NCBI GenBank assembly: GCA_951406725.2
Contig: OX597833.1
Location: 27,962,001-28,026,000, forward strand
Length of the DNA stretch: 64,000 nt
DNA from: Octopus vulgaris
Taxonomy: Eukaryota
Direction of reading: 5' to 3'
The translations under genes were made by a program, and so were the position numbers. The notes under the pieces are model-generated. The model worked only from the letters and a program-made list of their open reading frames with translations. It ran no database searches and was not told where the DNA came from. How positions within the stretch are numbered: the first letter of the stretch is position 1; every line of letters begins with the position of its first letter. This document shows positions 13,300-27,105 of the stretch, in pieces.

Positions 13300-14600
13300 C
13301 GAGGGGCGTTCAATAAGTAATGCCCCTGACTCACTTCCCATAGCAGTAGAGCAACGAAACTTGGCACAGTTATTAGTCTTTTTCTACATAGGAACCACCC
13401 AGAGTTACGCATTTCTCCCATTGTTTGATGCAGCTCTGAAGACCGTTTTTGTAGAAGACCCCAGCTTGGTCCTCCAACCACGACGTGACTTCAGAAATCA
13501 AGGCTGCATCATCTAAGAAACGCTTTCCTTTCAAAAACAATTTCATGGCTGGGAAGAGGTGAAAATCAGAGGGTGCAAGGTCAGGAGAGTAAAGGGAATG
13601 GGGGAGGAGTTCATAGTCGCACGCCTGTGCTTCTGATCTGGCAACACGCGAGTTGTGGATCGGAGCGTTATCCTGCAGGAGGAGGATGACTTTGCTGATC
13701 TTGCCCCGCCTCTTGATTTTGATAGCTTCTCTTAATTTCCTCAAAAGTGAAGCATAATAGACTCCTGTAATTGTGGCACCCTTTGCCAGGAAATCTGTCA
13801 TCATTACTCCGTCCTGGTCCCAGAAGACTGTGAGCATGACCTTGCCAGCGGAGGGCTGTACCCTTGCCTTCTTTGGAGGAGGTGAGTCACGGTGCTTCTA
13901 CTGCATTGACTGGGATTTGGTCTCTGGATCATAGTGATGGACCCAGGTTTCATCATGTGTAATCAGTCTTTTGAAAAATTCTGACTCATCTTCTTGGCAC
14001 ATCTCCAAATTCATCCTCGAGCAATCGACGCGTTCTTGCTTCTGGAAAGGTGTGAGCAACCTGGGAATCCATCTGGCAGACACCTTTTGCATATTCAAAT
14101 GGTAATGAATGATAGTTTCCACAGACCCGGTGCTAATCTTGACCTCATGCGCTATTTGGCGAATAGTTACGCGTCGATCTTCCAAAATGACAGCTTCAAC
14201 TTGACGGACAGATGCCTTATCAATGGCAGAAGGGGGCGACCAGATCTGGGAGCTGTTTCCACAGAGTTCCTACCATGTCTGAATTCACGATGCCAGCGTT
14301 TTACAAGTTCATATGATGGGGCATCATCACCATAAGTTACTTTCATTTCATCAAAAAGGACGCACACCCGTGGTGTGCGTCCTTTCAAATACAAAAACCC
14401 GATCACTGCTCGACACTCAACAGGCTCCATTTCCCACTTGACTCAGTTCAAATACCTGTAAATCAGAAACCACAATTAGTTCAGAGCTGTAATTTGCAAC
14501 AACTTAATCTATAGAGATATAAATAATTGCACATGCAAAATTTTAGCTAGATCAAACAACTGCAAGTAGGTCAGAGGCATTACTTATTGAACGCCCCTCG
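13300..14600 (-). mobile_element. Full-length mariner DNA transposon (1301 bp; irritans/Hsmar2-like ends)
   Basis: TIRs CGAGGGGCGTTCAATAAGTAATGCCCCTGAC / GTCAGAGGCATTACTTATTGAACGCCCCTCG; TA at 13298-13299 and 14601-14602. Confidence 0.96.
13373..14430 (-). pseudogene. Mariner D,D34D transposase, disrupted by a frameshift and a premature stop
   Basis: MEPVECRAVIGFL, RWIPRLL (WVPxxL motif), THDETWVHHYDP, LQDNAPIH, YSPDLAPSDFHLF spread over three ORFs. Confidence 0.95.
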
Positions 14601-14636
14601 TACATACATACATACATACATACATACATACATACA

Positions 14637-14997
<361 letters not shown>

Positions 14998-15060
14998 AGA
15001 TTCTCTGAGAGAATCTCTTATCTATCCTCAAACGGGGACGTATTCAATAGGCATTGTGAG

Positions 15061-15106
<46 letters not shown>

Positions 15107-18100
15107 CAGGGGCGTGCACTCTCAGCTATGCAAGCTATGCGCTGCATGCCTTCTTTATTTCAAAGAAAATACGTCCAGTTGTTTTAGAAATATGTTGTCT
15201 CCCCTTCCCCTCTCTCAGTGACTCGTACTTCTGCTTTGATAAATGCTTTGAGAAGATCGCATGACACACACTCCCTCTCCGTCTGTATTAGTTTGTCCTT
15301 CCTTCCTCTCTCTCTCTCTTAGTGACTCGATAAATTTATTGTAGCTTGTCATGCGTTGAGAAGACCGCATGACACTCCCTCTCTCTCTCTCTCTTTGTTA
15401 GTTTGTCCCTCCTTCCTCTCTCTCTCTTAGTGACTTGTTTAAAAGGTATGCTAGGAGGAATGGTCACCCCCTTCTCTCTCAGTGATTCGACAAATTCAGT
15501 GTGGCGTGTCATGCTCTGAGAAGACCGCATGTCACGCCTCTCTGTCGATTTTGACCGGAACAAGAGCAAGCCCATAATTCTTGAGTTAGCTAGCCGAAAT
15601 GTTGGAATAGCTTGGCATGTAAGTTTGAATTCTTTTATCCAAAACATCCGTTTGCACTATTATATTTTTGGAGTGTTTTGAAAACAAAAATATAATCTAT
15701 ATTATATTTCTTATTTCAGAAATAGCTAATTAATCTTAAATTAATTTAACAAAGGGTATTTTTCCGTTTTGTTGAAATTGACTTACAATTTACGCCGGCA
15801 CTTCCACGTGGGTTCTTATATAAGAGCAGCCTTTTTCAAAATGAGTGAAATGTGTGTTATAAACGATATTTTGAGAAATAGTTTTTCGAAAAGAGACTTC
15901 GATGGAAAATAATTAATTATAAATGGTGGGAGACCAACACCGAATTTACCTAATTTGCGAAGCTACAACAAGAAATTCACGAGACAATTTCAGGTTAATT
16001 CGTATGAAAAGAAGAAATGGTTAACTGCAAGTGTTGTTCTTAATAAATTATTCTGTTGGCCATGTTTACTTTTTGGCTTAGAAAAAAATGTTTGGAATGA
16101 TAAAGGCTATGATGATTTAAATAATTTACATATGGCTATGCTAAAGCACGGGCGTTCTCAAAGGTATATAAAATGTTTGATAGACCTTAAAATATTCGGG
16201 AATGTTCGCATAGACTTACAATTAGATGCACATAAAAATCAAAGCATACAACATCATTATGAGAAAGTTCGACGAAACAGATCCATTCTGCAACGATTGA
16301 TCGATGTTGTTATTTTTTTAGGCCTCCAGGAATTATCGTTTCGGAGTCATTTTGAATCTGAAAGCTCTAATAATCGTGAAATTATAAGAACTCGTTTATT
16401 TGATCAGTAAATATGACCAAAAAAATGGAAAGTCATCTAGATACAGCTTCTATCATCACTGGTCTGTCGAACAAAATTCAAAATGACTTGATCGAAGCAA
16501 TTCATAAAGTTATGTTGAATGAGATGCAGAAGGAAATTGACCAAGCTAAGTTTGTTGATGAGACATCTGATGTCTCAGCATCTTCACAACTGTCAACAGT
16601 TTTACGTTATGTTACAGAAGACTGTGTGACGAAAGAACGATTTATCGGTTTTAGTGATGTTAGTGCAGATCGATCTGCAAATGCTTTATCTGAACATGTT
16701 TTTAAATGCATTGAATTGTGGAAATGTGAAAACAAATTGATTGCACAAACCTATAACGGTGCCACTACAATGGCAGGACAATTAAATGGGTTACAGGCAA
16801 AAGTAAGAAAGAAATATGAATGTGCGATCTTTATTCATTGTTGTGCCCATATCCTAAATTTAGTTCTTTCACAATCATGCTCTGCTATGAAAGAATGCAA
16901 GATATTTTTTTCTACAATAAACGGAGTCGGTACATTTTTTACGAAATCACCGAAAAGGGCTAATGCATTAGATAACATTGTTAAAAAAAGATTTCCGAAA
17001 GCAACAGCAACTAGATGGAATTACTCCTCACGTCTTATTATTACCACAAAGGAAAATTATAATTTCATTATCAGCCTTTTTGAACACATCATTGAAAATC
17101 CTGAAGCATGGGTTGATACCACCATAAATTCAGCAATTGGATTCTTACACACTTTAAAAGCTCCTAATTTCTTATTTTTGTTAGAAGTATTCAGTGACAT
17201 TTTTTTCTTTTACTGACGTCTTATTTAACATACTCCAGAGTAAAAGTCATGACATAGTGTATTGTAAAGAGCAAATAGATAAAACTAGAACTGTACTCGA
17301 AAACAAACTTGATAATTTTTCAATCTTTTATGATAGGTTAGGGGGAAAATATGGAGTCGATGCAGGAATCGGAATTCAGAGATCCAAGAATATATCTATT
17401 GATCCCCAACGACATTATAGAATGCTTTATAACAAAATTATCAGTACAATAGTTGACCAAATAAAAGCACGATATTCATCCTTAGAAGAGTTTAAATTCA
17501 TGGTACTTTTGAATTTCAACAAAGTTGATGAGTATTGTAAACAATTTCCTGTGGACTCTTTAGATTCTTTAAGAACAACTTATGGCAGATTTTTTGATGT
17601 AATACGATTACAAAGTGAGCTCAATGTGATGTATTCAATGAAAGATTTTAAAAAACCAAGTGTAAGTCATTTAATGAGTTACATTAACAGCAGCGATCTT
17701 GTTGAAGCTATGCCATAACTCTTCAATCTGTGCAAGTTGATTTTGAAAATTCCGTCTACCACTGCTTCTGTAGAGCGATCCTTTTCTGCATTAAGTAGAA
17801 TTAAAACATACCAAAGAAATGCGACAGGAGAAAGAAGACTGTCTGGGTTAGCACTAATGTCAATTGAAAAAGATTTATTACAAGAATTGATGAAAAGAGA
17901 AGATTTCTATGAAAATGTGATAGATATATTTGCCCAGAAAGATCGAAGAATTGAATTAATTTATAAATGAGGTAAATAACATTTTAAAACGTTAAAAAAA
18001 TTAATATATTAAAGAGCATATATTACAGGTTTTGCTTAGTGTTTGTTATAACGAAAGTTTCGACCTTCTTACATCAGTATTGTTTCGCAGGAGAAATGTT

Positions 18101-18947
18101 TCAATTTCTTCGTCAAACCTAACCTACATAGATTTCCCTTTCTGTGCTGCTGGGTGTCGTCTATTTACGGCCGTAAATAAGTGTCTTGTTTCACTTTCAA
18201 TAAGTGTCTTGTTTCAATCTCAGAGATGTTGACTTCTGCCACAACAGTTTTGGGAGGCTTTTTACAATGTTGAATTTTCGCTGTCTTTCATTGTGTGTGT
18301 ATTCATGTATATGCGTGTATTTTCAATGTGTGTGCGTGAGACGTAGTCTTTTAATGTACGGAGTTCAGTAAGTCTCAGAACAGTCAATAATTTTCCCGGA
18401 ATTGACAAGTAGCATGATAAAGCACCTGACTTGTCTTCGAGAGCGTAACGATCTAAAACCATGGCCATATAATGTAACTAAATGTGTTCTTTTAATTAAA
18501 TCATTTCATTCGGCTCAACCAATAGGTATAGGGGCTAATGCAGAATCGCACCTCTTTGAAAAACGAATTTTTGTGAAAAAAAATTTTTAGGATTCCTACC
18601 TTTAACAGAGATTCTGAATATGCAAAAATATTGACAGAATCCAATTTCATCTTTATTACATTTCACTTATGATTTTTAGACTTTTCTAAGGGAGAATGAG
18701 GATGGGAAAGTACTGACGTTTCGAAGAGCAAAGAATAATACAAACAATATACTTATTTCAGGCTCATCTCTACACAGCCATTTTTTATTCCCTGTTTATT
18801 CTAGGTCATACGGGGATGATTGCATATTCAGAATCTCTTATATGTAAATCGTAGGAATACGAAAATGTTTTACTGAAAAATTGCCGGTGGAGGGGTGGCA
18901 ATAAAATTCATTGCATGCCCAACACCGGAAGTCACCGCACGCCACTG
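15107..18947 (+). mobile_element. Full-length hAT DNA transposon (Tip100/Zaphod type), 3841 bp
   Basis: TIRs CAGGGGCGTGC / GCACGCCACTG; perfect 8-bp TSD ATACATAT at 15099-15106 and 18948-18955; subterminal repeats CTCTC(T)AGTGA..GAGAAGACCGCATG at about 15210-15535. Confidence 0.95.
15841..17970 (+). pseudogene. hAT transposase (TTF zinc finger-like N-terminus, DUF4371-like region, C-terminal dimerisation domain), disrupted
   Basis: WL..S....LFCWPCLLF, VDETSDVS..QLS.VLRY, FIHCCAHILNL, TRWN, IPSTTASVERSFSALSRIKTY.RN..GERRLSGLALMSIE; in-frame stops and frameshifts. Confidence 0.93.
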
Positions 18948-19031
18948 ATACATATATGTATATATATTAGACAGAATAAGATAACAAATCCAAGACTGTG
19001 AGGAGTTTTCAGGACATTTATAAGGAAATAG

Positions 19032-19077
19032 TCTTACAGCTGTTTCTGGGATATTAAGGATATCCCTTCATCAGAGA
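19032..19077 (-). ncRNA. Minimal type I hammerhead ribozyme motif
   Basis: tct-CTGATGA-A-GGGATAT-cctta-ATATCCC-A-GAAA-CAGCTG-TA-aga; palindromic stem III, GUA site. Confidence 0.75.
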
Positions 19078-19867
19078 TGGTGTGAGAAGGTTAAATAGAG
19101 GAAATAGTTGAGTTCGAATTATTATAGAAAAGGAGGAGATAGGGAATACAGATGGAAATAGGAGAATGAAAGTAGAAGTAAGATATATAAAGATATTGTA
19201 TATATGTATATACATATATACATGCTCTAATATCTATACAGCCTTGGGTTTTTTTATCTCATTATACAAAAAAATTTTAATATTTTAAATAATAATATTA
19301 TGACCATTCCTAAATTTTCAAATTCTAATTCTTTGTAACTAAATAAGAATGAATATACCATACTAGCTTTTATTCAACATGCACAGATTACTAAGAAACT
19401 TCATTGCTTATTTAGAATTAAATTCTCTTTTTTTTTTCTTTCTGATAATCTCCTATATTAAATAGAAAAAATTTTATGTCTCTAAGGAAACTACTCAGTT
19501 CATCTTGATTACCTCACTTCCATTTTTAATATATCATTGACTCCGGATATTTTTACCTAAGTGATTAGTTTTTCTCCGCGGGTAGTAAACATTATGTCTA
19601 ACAGATTCTTTAATTTAATTCATTAATAACAAATCACCATCTACTAAATCTAAGAAAATGACTCATCTTGATTACTCCTCTTCCACTGTTTCTAATATAT
19701 ATCATTGACCCCTAATATATTCACTTAATTAATAAGACTTTTGTCCACAGTTATTGAATATTATGCCTACTCATAATAAATGATAGTTTTTTTCTCCAAA
19801 ATTAATAAATATTAGATTTATAATTCTCTTTTAATCTAACTTATTAAAATAATCATCTACCACTAGC

Positions 19868-20110
19868 TGCTTTCTTCCAAAGAATCTAATGCTCTTAGCC
19901 TAGTTTATCCTTGGGACTGGCCAGATTGAAGCAATCTCAAGTATAATCAGTCGAAATTGCGAAGATAATTTGGTACTTGACTGAGGAAAGAAAACTTCGA
20001 ATGACCCTTCCCCGTTTTCTTTGTATCGTCTATCTGGATGTTTTGTTGTCCCATTTTGTATCACCTAACTGTCCGGATGTTTTGCGTTCTTGTCCCATTT
20101 TGTATTTTAC
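19868..20110 (+). mobile_element. Diverged solo copy of the PLE pseudo-LTR seen at 28750 and 29523
   Basis: Colinear similarity: GCTTTCTTCCA..ATCTAATGC..CCTTGG..AGCAATCTCAAG..AATCAG.CGAAATTGC.AAGAT..CTTGACTGA.GA..CTTCGAATG. Confidence 0.8.
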
Positions 20111-20272
20111 ATATATATATATATATATATGTGTGTGGTTGTGGCTGTTTGTGTATGTGTGTGGTGGACTTAGTGTTGCTTAAGGTCATAGGAAGAATTT
20201 ATAGTAAGAATTTTGGTAGGAGTGGCTATCTGTTGTGTGTCTCCTTACACATGTGCGTAGGAGAATGGTCAA

Positions 20273-20608
20273 AAATGCGATAAGAATAAATGGAAAACTT
20301 ACATATACCCAAGGAAAAAAGCAGACGCAATGTCATGTGTACATTTAAGTACCCCAAATATATCTAAACAGAAATTCTGTAGCAAGCCTCAGTACACGTG
20401 TCGACGGTCAGGAAACTCATGTAAAGTGGTTACCAGTCTCGAAGTGATTGGTAATAAATTTACTTCTAATATAAGGATATCATATTAAAATACCTTTTAA
20501 AGTGAAAATTTCTGTTTAGATATATTTGGGGTATTTAAATGCACTCATGATTTTGTGTCTGCTTTTCCGTGGGTATTTGTAAGTTTTCCATTTATTCTTA
20601 TCGTATTT
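20273..20608. repeat. Inverted repeat (~103-bp arms, ~130-bp spacer) directly upstream of a hammerhead
   Basis: CGATAAGAATAAATGGAAAACTTAC...CCCCAAATATATCTAAACAGAAATT versus AATTTCTGTTTAGATATATTTGGGG...GTAAGTTTTCCATTTATTCTTATCG. Confidence 0.85.
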
Positions 20609-20666
20609 CTCGCTGACGAAGGAAGAATCCTTTTAGATTAATCCAGAAATCGGTCCGATTCGGGAA
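20607..20666 (+). ncRNA. Type I hammerhead ribozyme motif
   Basis: TTCTCG-CTGACGA-AGGAAGAATCcttttaGATTAATCCA-GAAA-TCGgtcCGA-TT-CGGGAA; stems I, II and III can all pair; AUU site. Confidence 0.7.
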
Positions 20667-20869
20667 TAACGAATTTTTAAAAATTCTGATAGCTTGCTTT
20701 CTTCGTTTCAGCATGCTGTGCATTTATAGTGAAAAATATTCTATGTGGTTAGACTAACTAAAGTTTACTTTTCATCATATTGGCATAGAATTTTTTCTTT
20801 TGCCCTCATAATTGTTTATATATATATATCACACGCAAAGATTTCTTATCCCAATCTTCAAAAAGGGAA

Positions 20870-22140
20870 ACAGGTTTCCTGCAGTCAACTATTGCCCCTT
20901 CACTATCATCAAAGTTCTCATTTCACTATCATCAAAGTTTTTGAAAGGCTGGTGAGATCAAGAATAACTGGATTCCTGCAGAGTAACACTCTCCTAAATT
21001 CCAACCAGTATGGTTTTCGTTTCCATAGAGACTGCCTTAAATGATTTCTACATCGTTTTTATGAAATCCTTAAAGTTTTGGTCGAGGGCTCAAGCACTGA
21101 CGTTATATATTTTGACTTCAGCAAAGCCTGCTGTTAAAATTATCCAATATTTGATCCTGAGGTAAATACTGCACTAAATCAAGTATTTCCTGGCGAACAG
21201 AACTCAACAAAATGTAAACGATGGAATCCAGTCGTGCCCAGCAAATGTCACCAGCGGTGTTCTCAAAAAGGCTGTATTTGGCACACATTCCTTTACAATC
21301 CATATAAACAACATCTCAAATGTCATCAAGTACAGCAAAATAACAATATTCGCAGGAGACTTCAACCTTCAAAAACTTACCAACGGAGAAGAGTAAAAAA
21401 CCTCCAGTTTGATTTGTATACTCCAAGTCAACAGGCAGGCAAAATCAACATACTATTAAATGAGGGAAAATTTGAACTCATGCACTCAAACAATCATATT
21501 CTTTTGCATCAGGAAAACCACTCATGGTGCCCAATAATATTAGAGCAGGGGTGCTCACAACAAAGTCGATGCGGCTCACATGATGAGTTCTTGGATCTTC
21601 AGAACCTTCCGGTTCGGAGAGTGAGATACTATAATTCCCCCTTTTCTCTCCTTTTGTGCAGCCATATATAGAATACATCTACCTTTTATGGTTTTCTACA
21701 CCAAACAAAACATTATGAAAATTGAGACATTCCTAGCAGCAATCATAAAAATAATTTGGTATAACTGATTCTATAGACCACCTTAAAACATTGACACTCC
21801 ATTCTCTGCAACGCGGCTATCAGCGTTACATTATTTACACGATGTGGCGAATATGTCACCGGCATTGACCACAATTCATTTAAGGTTAGGACCCCATTCA
21901 ATATAACGCCTACACAACTCAGACTCACAACACTTAACCACATTGCAACACAATTACTGTTCTTCTACAGGCGCTCCTCTCTTTAATATCAAAACAATTC
22001 AAAGAAAAAGATCTCATAACCTTCAAACGATATCTGAACAAATACTTTCGAGGAACCAGACAAACCACCGCTAACTGGATACAGCTCAGTCAACAACAAC
22101 TTTCTATTTGAGGCTTTAAAATGATCCATTAGATTCTTAT
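20870..22140 (+). mobile_element. Degraded CR1-group LINE RT remnant
   Basis: IKVFERLVRSRITGFLQSNTLLNSNQYGFR..RDCL and DVIYFDFSKA; many stops. Confidence 0.7.
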
Positions 22141-22309
22141 TCGGTGGTGCTTATAAATTATTGATAGATAGAGAGAGAGAGAGAGAGAAAGAGAGAGGGA
22201 GAGAGAGAGAGAGAGAGATACACGCATGCATACATACATACCAATGTACATACTTATTTTTTCTTTCAATTCTTCGAAATGTAATGGTAATATACCATTT
22301 TCCCATTTC

Positions 22310-23290
22310 AGTGATTTGCCTTTTCATTGAAACCTGCAAGGTCTTGTGTGCTGCGGAATTGGTTAATAGAAAGCAGACAGGAAAGTTCTCGGTCGTAAGA
22401 TCTGCGTCTTAACATTCAGTTGGTTGGCCCCAACGTCCCGTTTTCGTTCTCAGATGTTTAAGTGTCTTCCACGGAGTCCATGGTACTTCTGAGTTAGAGG
22501 GGAGGGTTTCAACAGAAGGGGAGGATTCCCATGTGAAATGGAGGAAATTTGTTCTCAAGATTTTCTATCCAGAGCTTCCGTTTATTTCCTTCAAAGACTT
22601 TGTTAAGAGCTGGAGACGTCTGAGGAAGTTTTTGCCTGGCTTCAGTCGCTGAGCCAGGGGATTGACGTCCATAGAGGAGTGGCGTTCATCACCGTTAGAT
22701 TGTGTTATCTCGATTCGACTGGACACATTTCGCCTAAAATCAGCTGGTCAATCCCAGTGAAGAGCTGCACGGTGTTTGTGCAGTGGATTTCATGCAACCA
22801 GTTAGCAGTTGAGTAGCTCGTCGTTGGTAGGCAATTTTCACGACAGAATGCCTTTATTTCAATTTTTTATTCAATGTCAGACTATTTCTCCCTCGACTGA
22901 TGGGCCTTTTGATCAGGACTGATTTCTACATCATTTGGTCCAATTTATAATGTCTCGATTAACAAATTATTTGTTTTCCTTTTGTCGCATAGACGTAAAG
23001 ATTTTTCTTACTTCCTATTCTCCAAAATCCGACGTAAAGCTGACCATGGGTGGATCAGGGATCTTCAATGTGTAAGAGGCAACCGAAAATGTCTGTTCTT
23101 GCGATATGTTGATGATAATGGCAAAATTGAAACTCACAGGAAATTGAAGTCGTTTGAATCGAAATGGGACAACGTCACTTGAGTCTATGCGAAGGGGGCT
23201 CTTGTACGCTTATTATCTAATCGATGCATGCTATGTTCGGGTGTCTCTTGAGCTCGCTGCTGGTGCTTTGTGAGGGTCTTTCGACTTTGT
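22310..23290 (-). mobile_element. Degraded 3' part of an RTE-clade LINE
   Basis: Minus-strand pieces PLYG...QRLKPGKNF and PWTPWKTLKHLRT resemble the RTE C-terminal HPLxG..RLKSR and W..W..LNRLRT motifs. Confidence 0.5.
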
Positions 23291-24042
23291 CACCCTTATG
23301 AAAGTCCTTACACACATGCATACACACACACTTAGACAGACATACACATAATCACACACACACACACACACACACAGACTCACCATGAAAGATATACATG
23401 TACAGGGAAGTTGTGAGCTAAATATATATAGAGAGAGAGGTAAGATTACAATGAGGAGAGCGTAAAAGACAGAGAAAGAGAGAAATAGACAGAGAGAGAG
23501 AGATAGAGAGAGAACTTTGCATAGACAGATGCGCTCGTCCCCTGTGACTGACTGCGGTTACATGTCATATCAAGAGAAAGAGAGGGAGCAGCATGCGTTT
23601 AGAGATATACAGCGCCAGAGTGAGAGAGAGAGAGAGTGTGTATGTGTGTGTGTGTGTGGTTAATATATAGAGAGACAGGGCAAAGCGTAAAAGATAGAGA
23701 CAGATAAAGAGAGGTAGTTAGACAGGCAGTTACAAAATGCAACACACACACACTTACAACCATACATACACTCAAGTAATCATGAGTTTAAGATGGCGGC
23801 TTCTAGAGACATTCAATGACGGCGATCTGGAAGCTGAGTTATTTCTCGTAGAAATTTTCATTTTTTGATTACTAACGACCAAGAACCTTTTACTTGGGAC
23901 ACAGACTTCGAAACCCAGACCCGTTTCTCTGTAGGAGCCTTTCGGTGACATACATATATACATATACACATACATTCTCATTTATATAGTGCATGAATGT
24001 ATATATATATCTATCAATATACACTCATACATACATACAAAT

Positions 24043-24075
<33 letters not shown>

Positions 24076-24178
24076 ATAGGGATTTCATTTGGTTCCAACT
24101 CTTGCAACGTCGGCACTAATACCTTTACTACTCTTATATTTCTTTTAGTAGTGGAAGTAGTACTAGGCATCGTAGTAA

Positions 24179-24252
<74 letters not shown>

Positions 24253-24285
24253 ACAGCAGCAGCAGTAGCAGTGGTGGTGGTGGTG

Positions 24286-24325
<40 letters not shown>

Positions 24326-25493
24326 CAGTAGTAGTTGCTGCCGTATGTGCTGGTAGGTGTAAAACTGGTCTGTCTAATACACTCGACATTCATTCAATTC
24401 AATTACTGAGTATCTGTGTGTCTGTGAGTATATATATATATATATATGTCTCTGTGTGTATGTGTGTGTCTATGTATATATGTATGCATGTATGTAAGTA
24501 TGTATACGTGTATGTGTGTGTAACGATATATATGTATGTATATATTAAATATATGCATATGTGTACTTTATATCTTTATAAATATATATATATAAATACT
24601 TTCATATACATATATGTGTGTATGTATATATATATGTACACACACACACACACACTTATATATATACATATCATACACACACACGCGCGCATCCATGTAT
24701 GCATGGCCGTCTTTGTGCGTCTGTTAAGTTTGTGTATGATACGTGTCTATTCCTGTGTGTTTGTTGTTTTGTTGCGATTATTTCGTTTGTACGAAGTGTT
24801 TAGTTCTTTTTATACTCTCATACAACAGGTTCGTAAAAATCTCTTTCCCCTCGTTGACGCAATATGGTTGCAATTGGCACTCAAATCTTCTTTTCGTTAA
24901 ACTGCCAAGCGTCCATTCAACTTGTCAAGTCACCATCACTCCCGCACCGTCAATACGCAGTCGGCCGCCATCTTGTTTAGTTGCTTTTATTTCTGTTTAT
25001 ATTTATTCTACGTTACTTTTGGTTTTTCTTTTTGTTGTTATTTCTCTTTATTTTCTCTTTTCTTTCATATGGGTTTGTTAGTTCCTTTTTTTGTTGTTAT
25101 TTTAGTTTCTTTGCTTTGGTTTTGTTTTTGTCATTTTTTTGGCTGCTGCTGTTGTTGTTATTGCTATTGTAGTTACTTTTAATATTGACTGCTTGCTGCG
25201 GTTTGCTAACTGAGTGTTACTGTAACTATTATTATTGTTACTCTTTTCCTTCTTTTCTTTGCCGTCGTTGACATATAAATATTACTATAATTTTAGTTTT
25301 TATTCTTTTATTATTGTTATTATTATTATTATCATTATTATTATTATTATCATCATCATCATGATCATCATCATCATTATCATCATCATCAACATTCAGA
25401 GCTAATGTTAATTTTGTTATGATTAAGCGGAGTTTTTTTATAGAGAGAGCATTATACGCCTACAAGTATTATCACTGCTAGAATAGGAATTAC

Positions 25494-25524
<31 letters not shown>

Positions 25525-25656
25525 TGTTGTTGTTGTTGTTGTTGTCGGTTGTAGTTATTCTTGTAGATGTGGGGTCAGTACTAAATTATTTGATTTCATT
25601 TGCACATATATACATATATGTGTGCGTGTGCGTTTCTGTGTACGTATTTGTGTGGG

Positions 25657-25748
<92 letters not shown>

Positions 25749-25820
25749 CATACATGCATACATACGTGCATATATACATATATATGTATATGCATGTGTG
25801 TTTGTGTGTGTATTTAGTAG

Positions 25821-25920
<100 letters not shown>

Positions 25921-26034
25921 TTTGGCCAATTTACCGTGTAGCGTCAATTTATATCTTTGCATTTTCTGTACTTTTTAATTTGTCTTAATTTGTTTTGTTG
26001 ACTTTTTACTGCTTCTTTTGCCGTTGTTGCGGCT

Positions 26035-26079
<45 letters not shown>

Positions 26080-26983
26080 GCTGCTGCTGCTGCTGCTATT
26101 GTTCTTGTTGTTGTTGCTATCATTCCTGTCGCCGCTGCTGCTGTGTTGATGCTATGTTTACAGTTGTTAGAGATGCTGTCGTTGATCTTGCAGTTGTTAC
26201 TTTTTGTTCGCTTGTTATAATTTCTTTGGCGGGGTTGGGGTAGGATTTTTGGTTTGTTTTGTATTGTTTTTTTCTTGTTTTGCTGTTGTTTTTTGTTTCT
26301 TTGCTTATGTTTGGTGAGGGTGGTATTGGCGTGTGATTTTTGCGGAAGAAAAATGGTTTAAGAGAAGCAAACAGATAAAAGACAAAATTTGCCAAAAAAA
26401 AACTATACATAAAAAATAAGTCAACAACTATAGTAAAAAAAAGAATCCTAAACGAATGAACAATCGCCATTTTGTCGCAAGAATTAACTGACGTCAATAT
26501 TCTACAGACTATGGAAACGACAGGGTTTTGGAATATCTTTAGTCAATGGTGTCTTGCTAAGCATTGATTAATATCCAGCGCACTTTTTCGATAACTAACT
26601 TGGAACACACAAAGACGTAGAAGAAGAAGAAGAAGAAGAAGAAGAAGAAGAAGAAGAAGAAGAAGAAGAAGAAGAAGAAGAAGAAGAAGAAGAAGAAGAA
26701 GAAGAAGAAGAAGAAGAAGAAGAAGAAGAAGAAGAAGAAGAAGAAGAAGGAGAAGAAGAAGAAGAAGAAGAAGAAGAAGAAGAAGAAGAAGAAGAAGAAA
26801 AGAAGAAGAAGAAACAACAATTATTAATGTCATCATCATCATTAAATTTATTATCATTGTTATTGTTGATGATGTTGATGTTCTTTGTGTTGTCGTCATC
26901 ATCATCATCATTATCATTAATAATATTATTATTATTATGTTTGGCTTTTGCTTTGTAATTAATTTTGTATCTTTTACTATTGT

Positions 26984-27105
<122 letters not shown>

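Noticed and set aside
15210-15535. Spaced direct repeats resembling a CRISPR array
   Set aside because: Irregular subterminal repeats of the hAT element in a eukaryotic context, with no cas genes
19200-19860. Possible PLE coding remnant with an internal ~160-bp duplication
   Set aside because: Too decayed; the same bases could be read as either RT or endonuclease motifs
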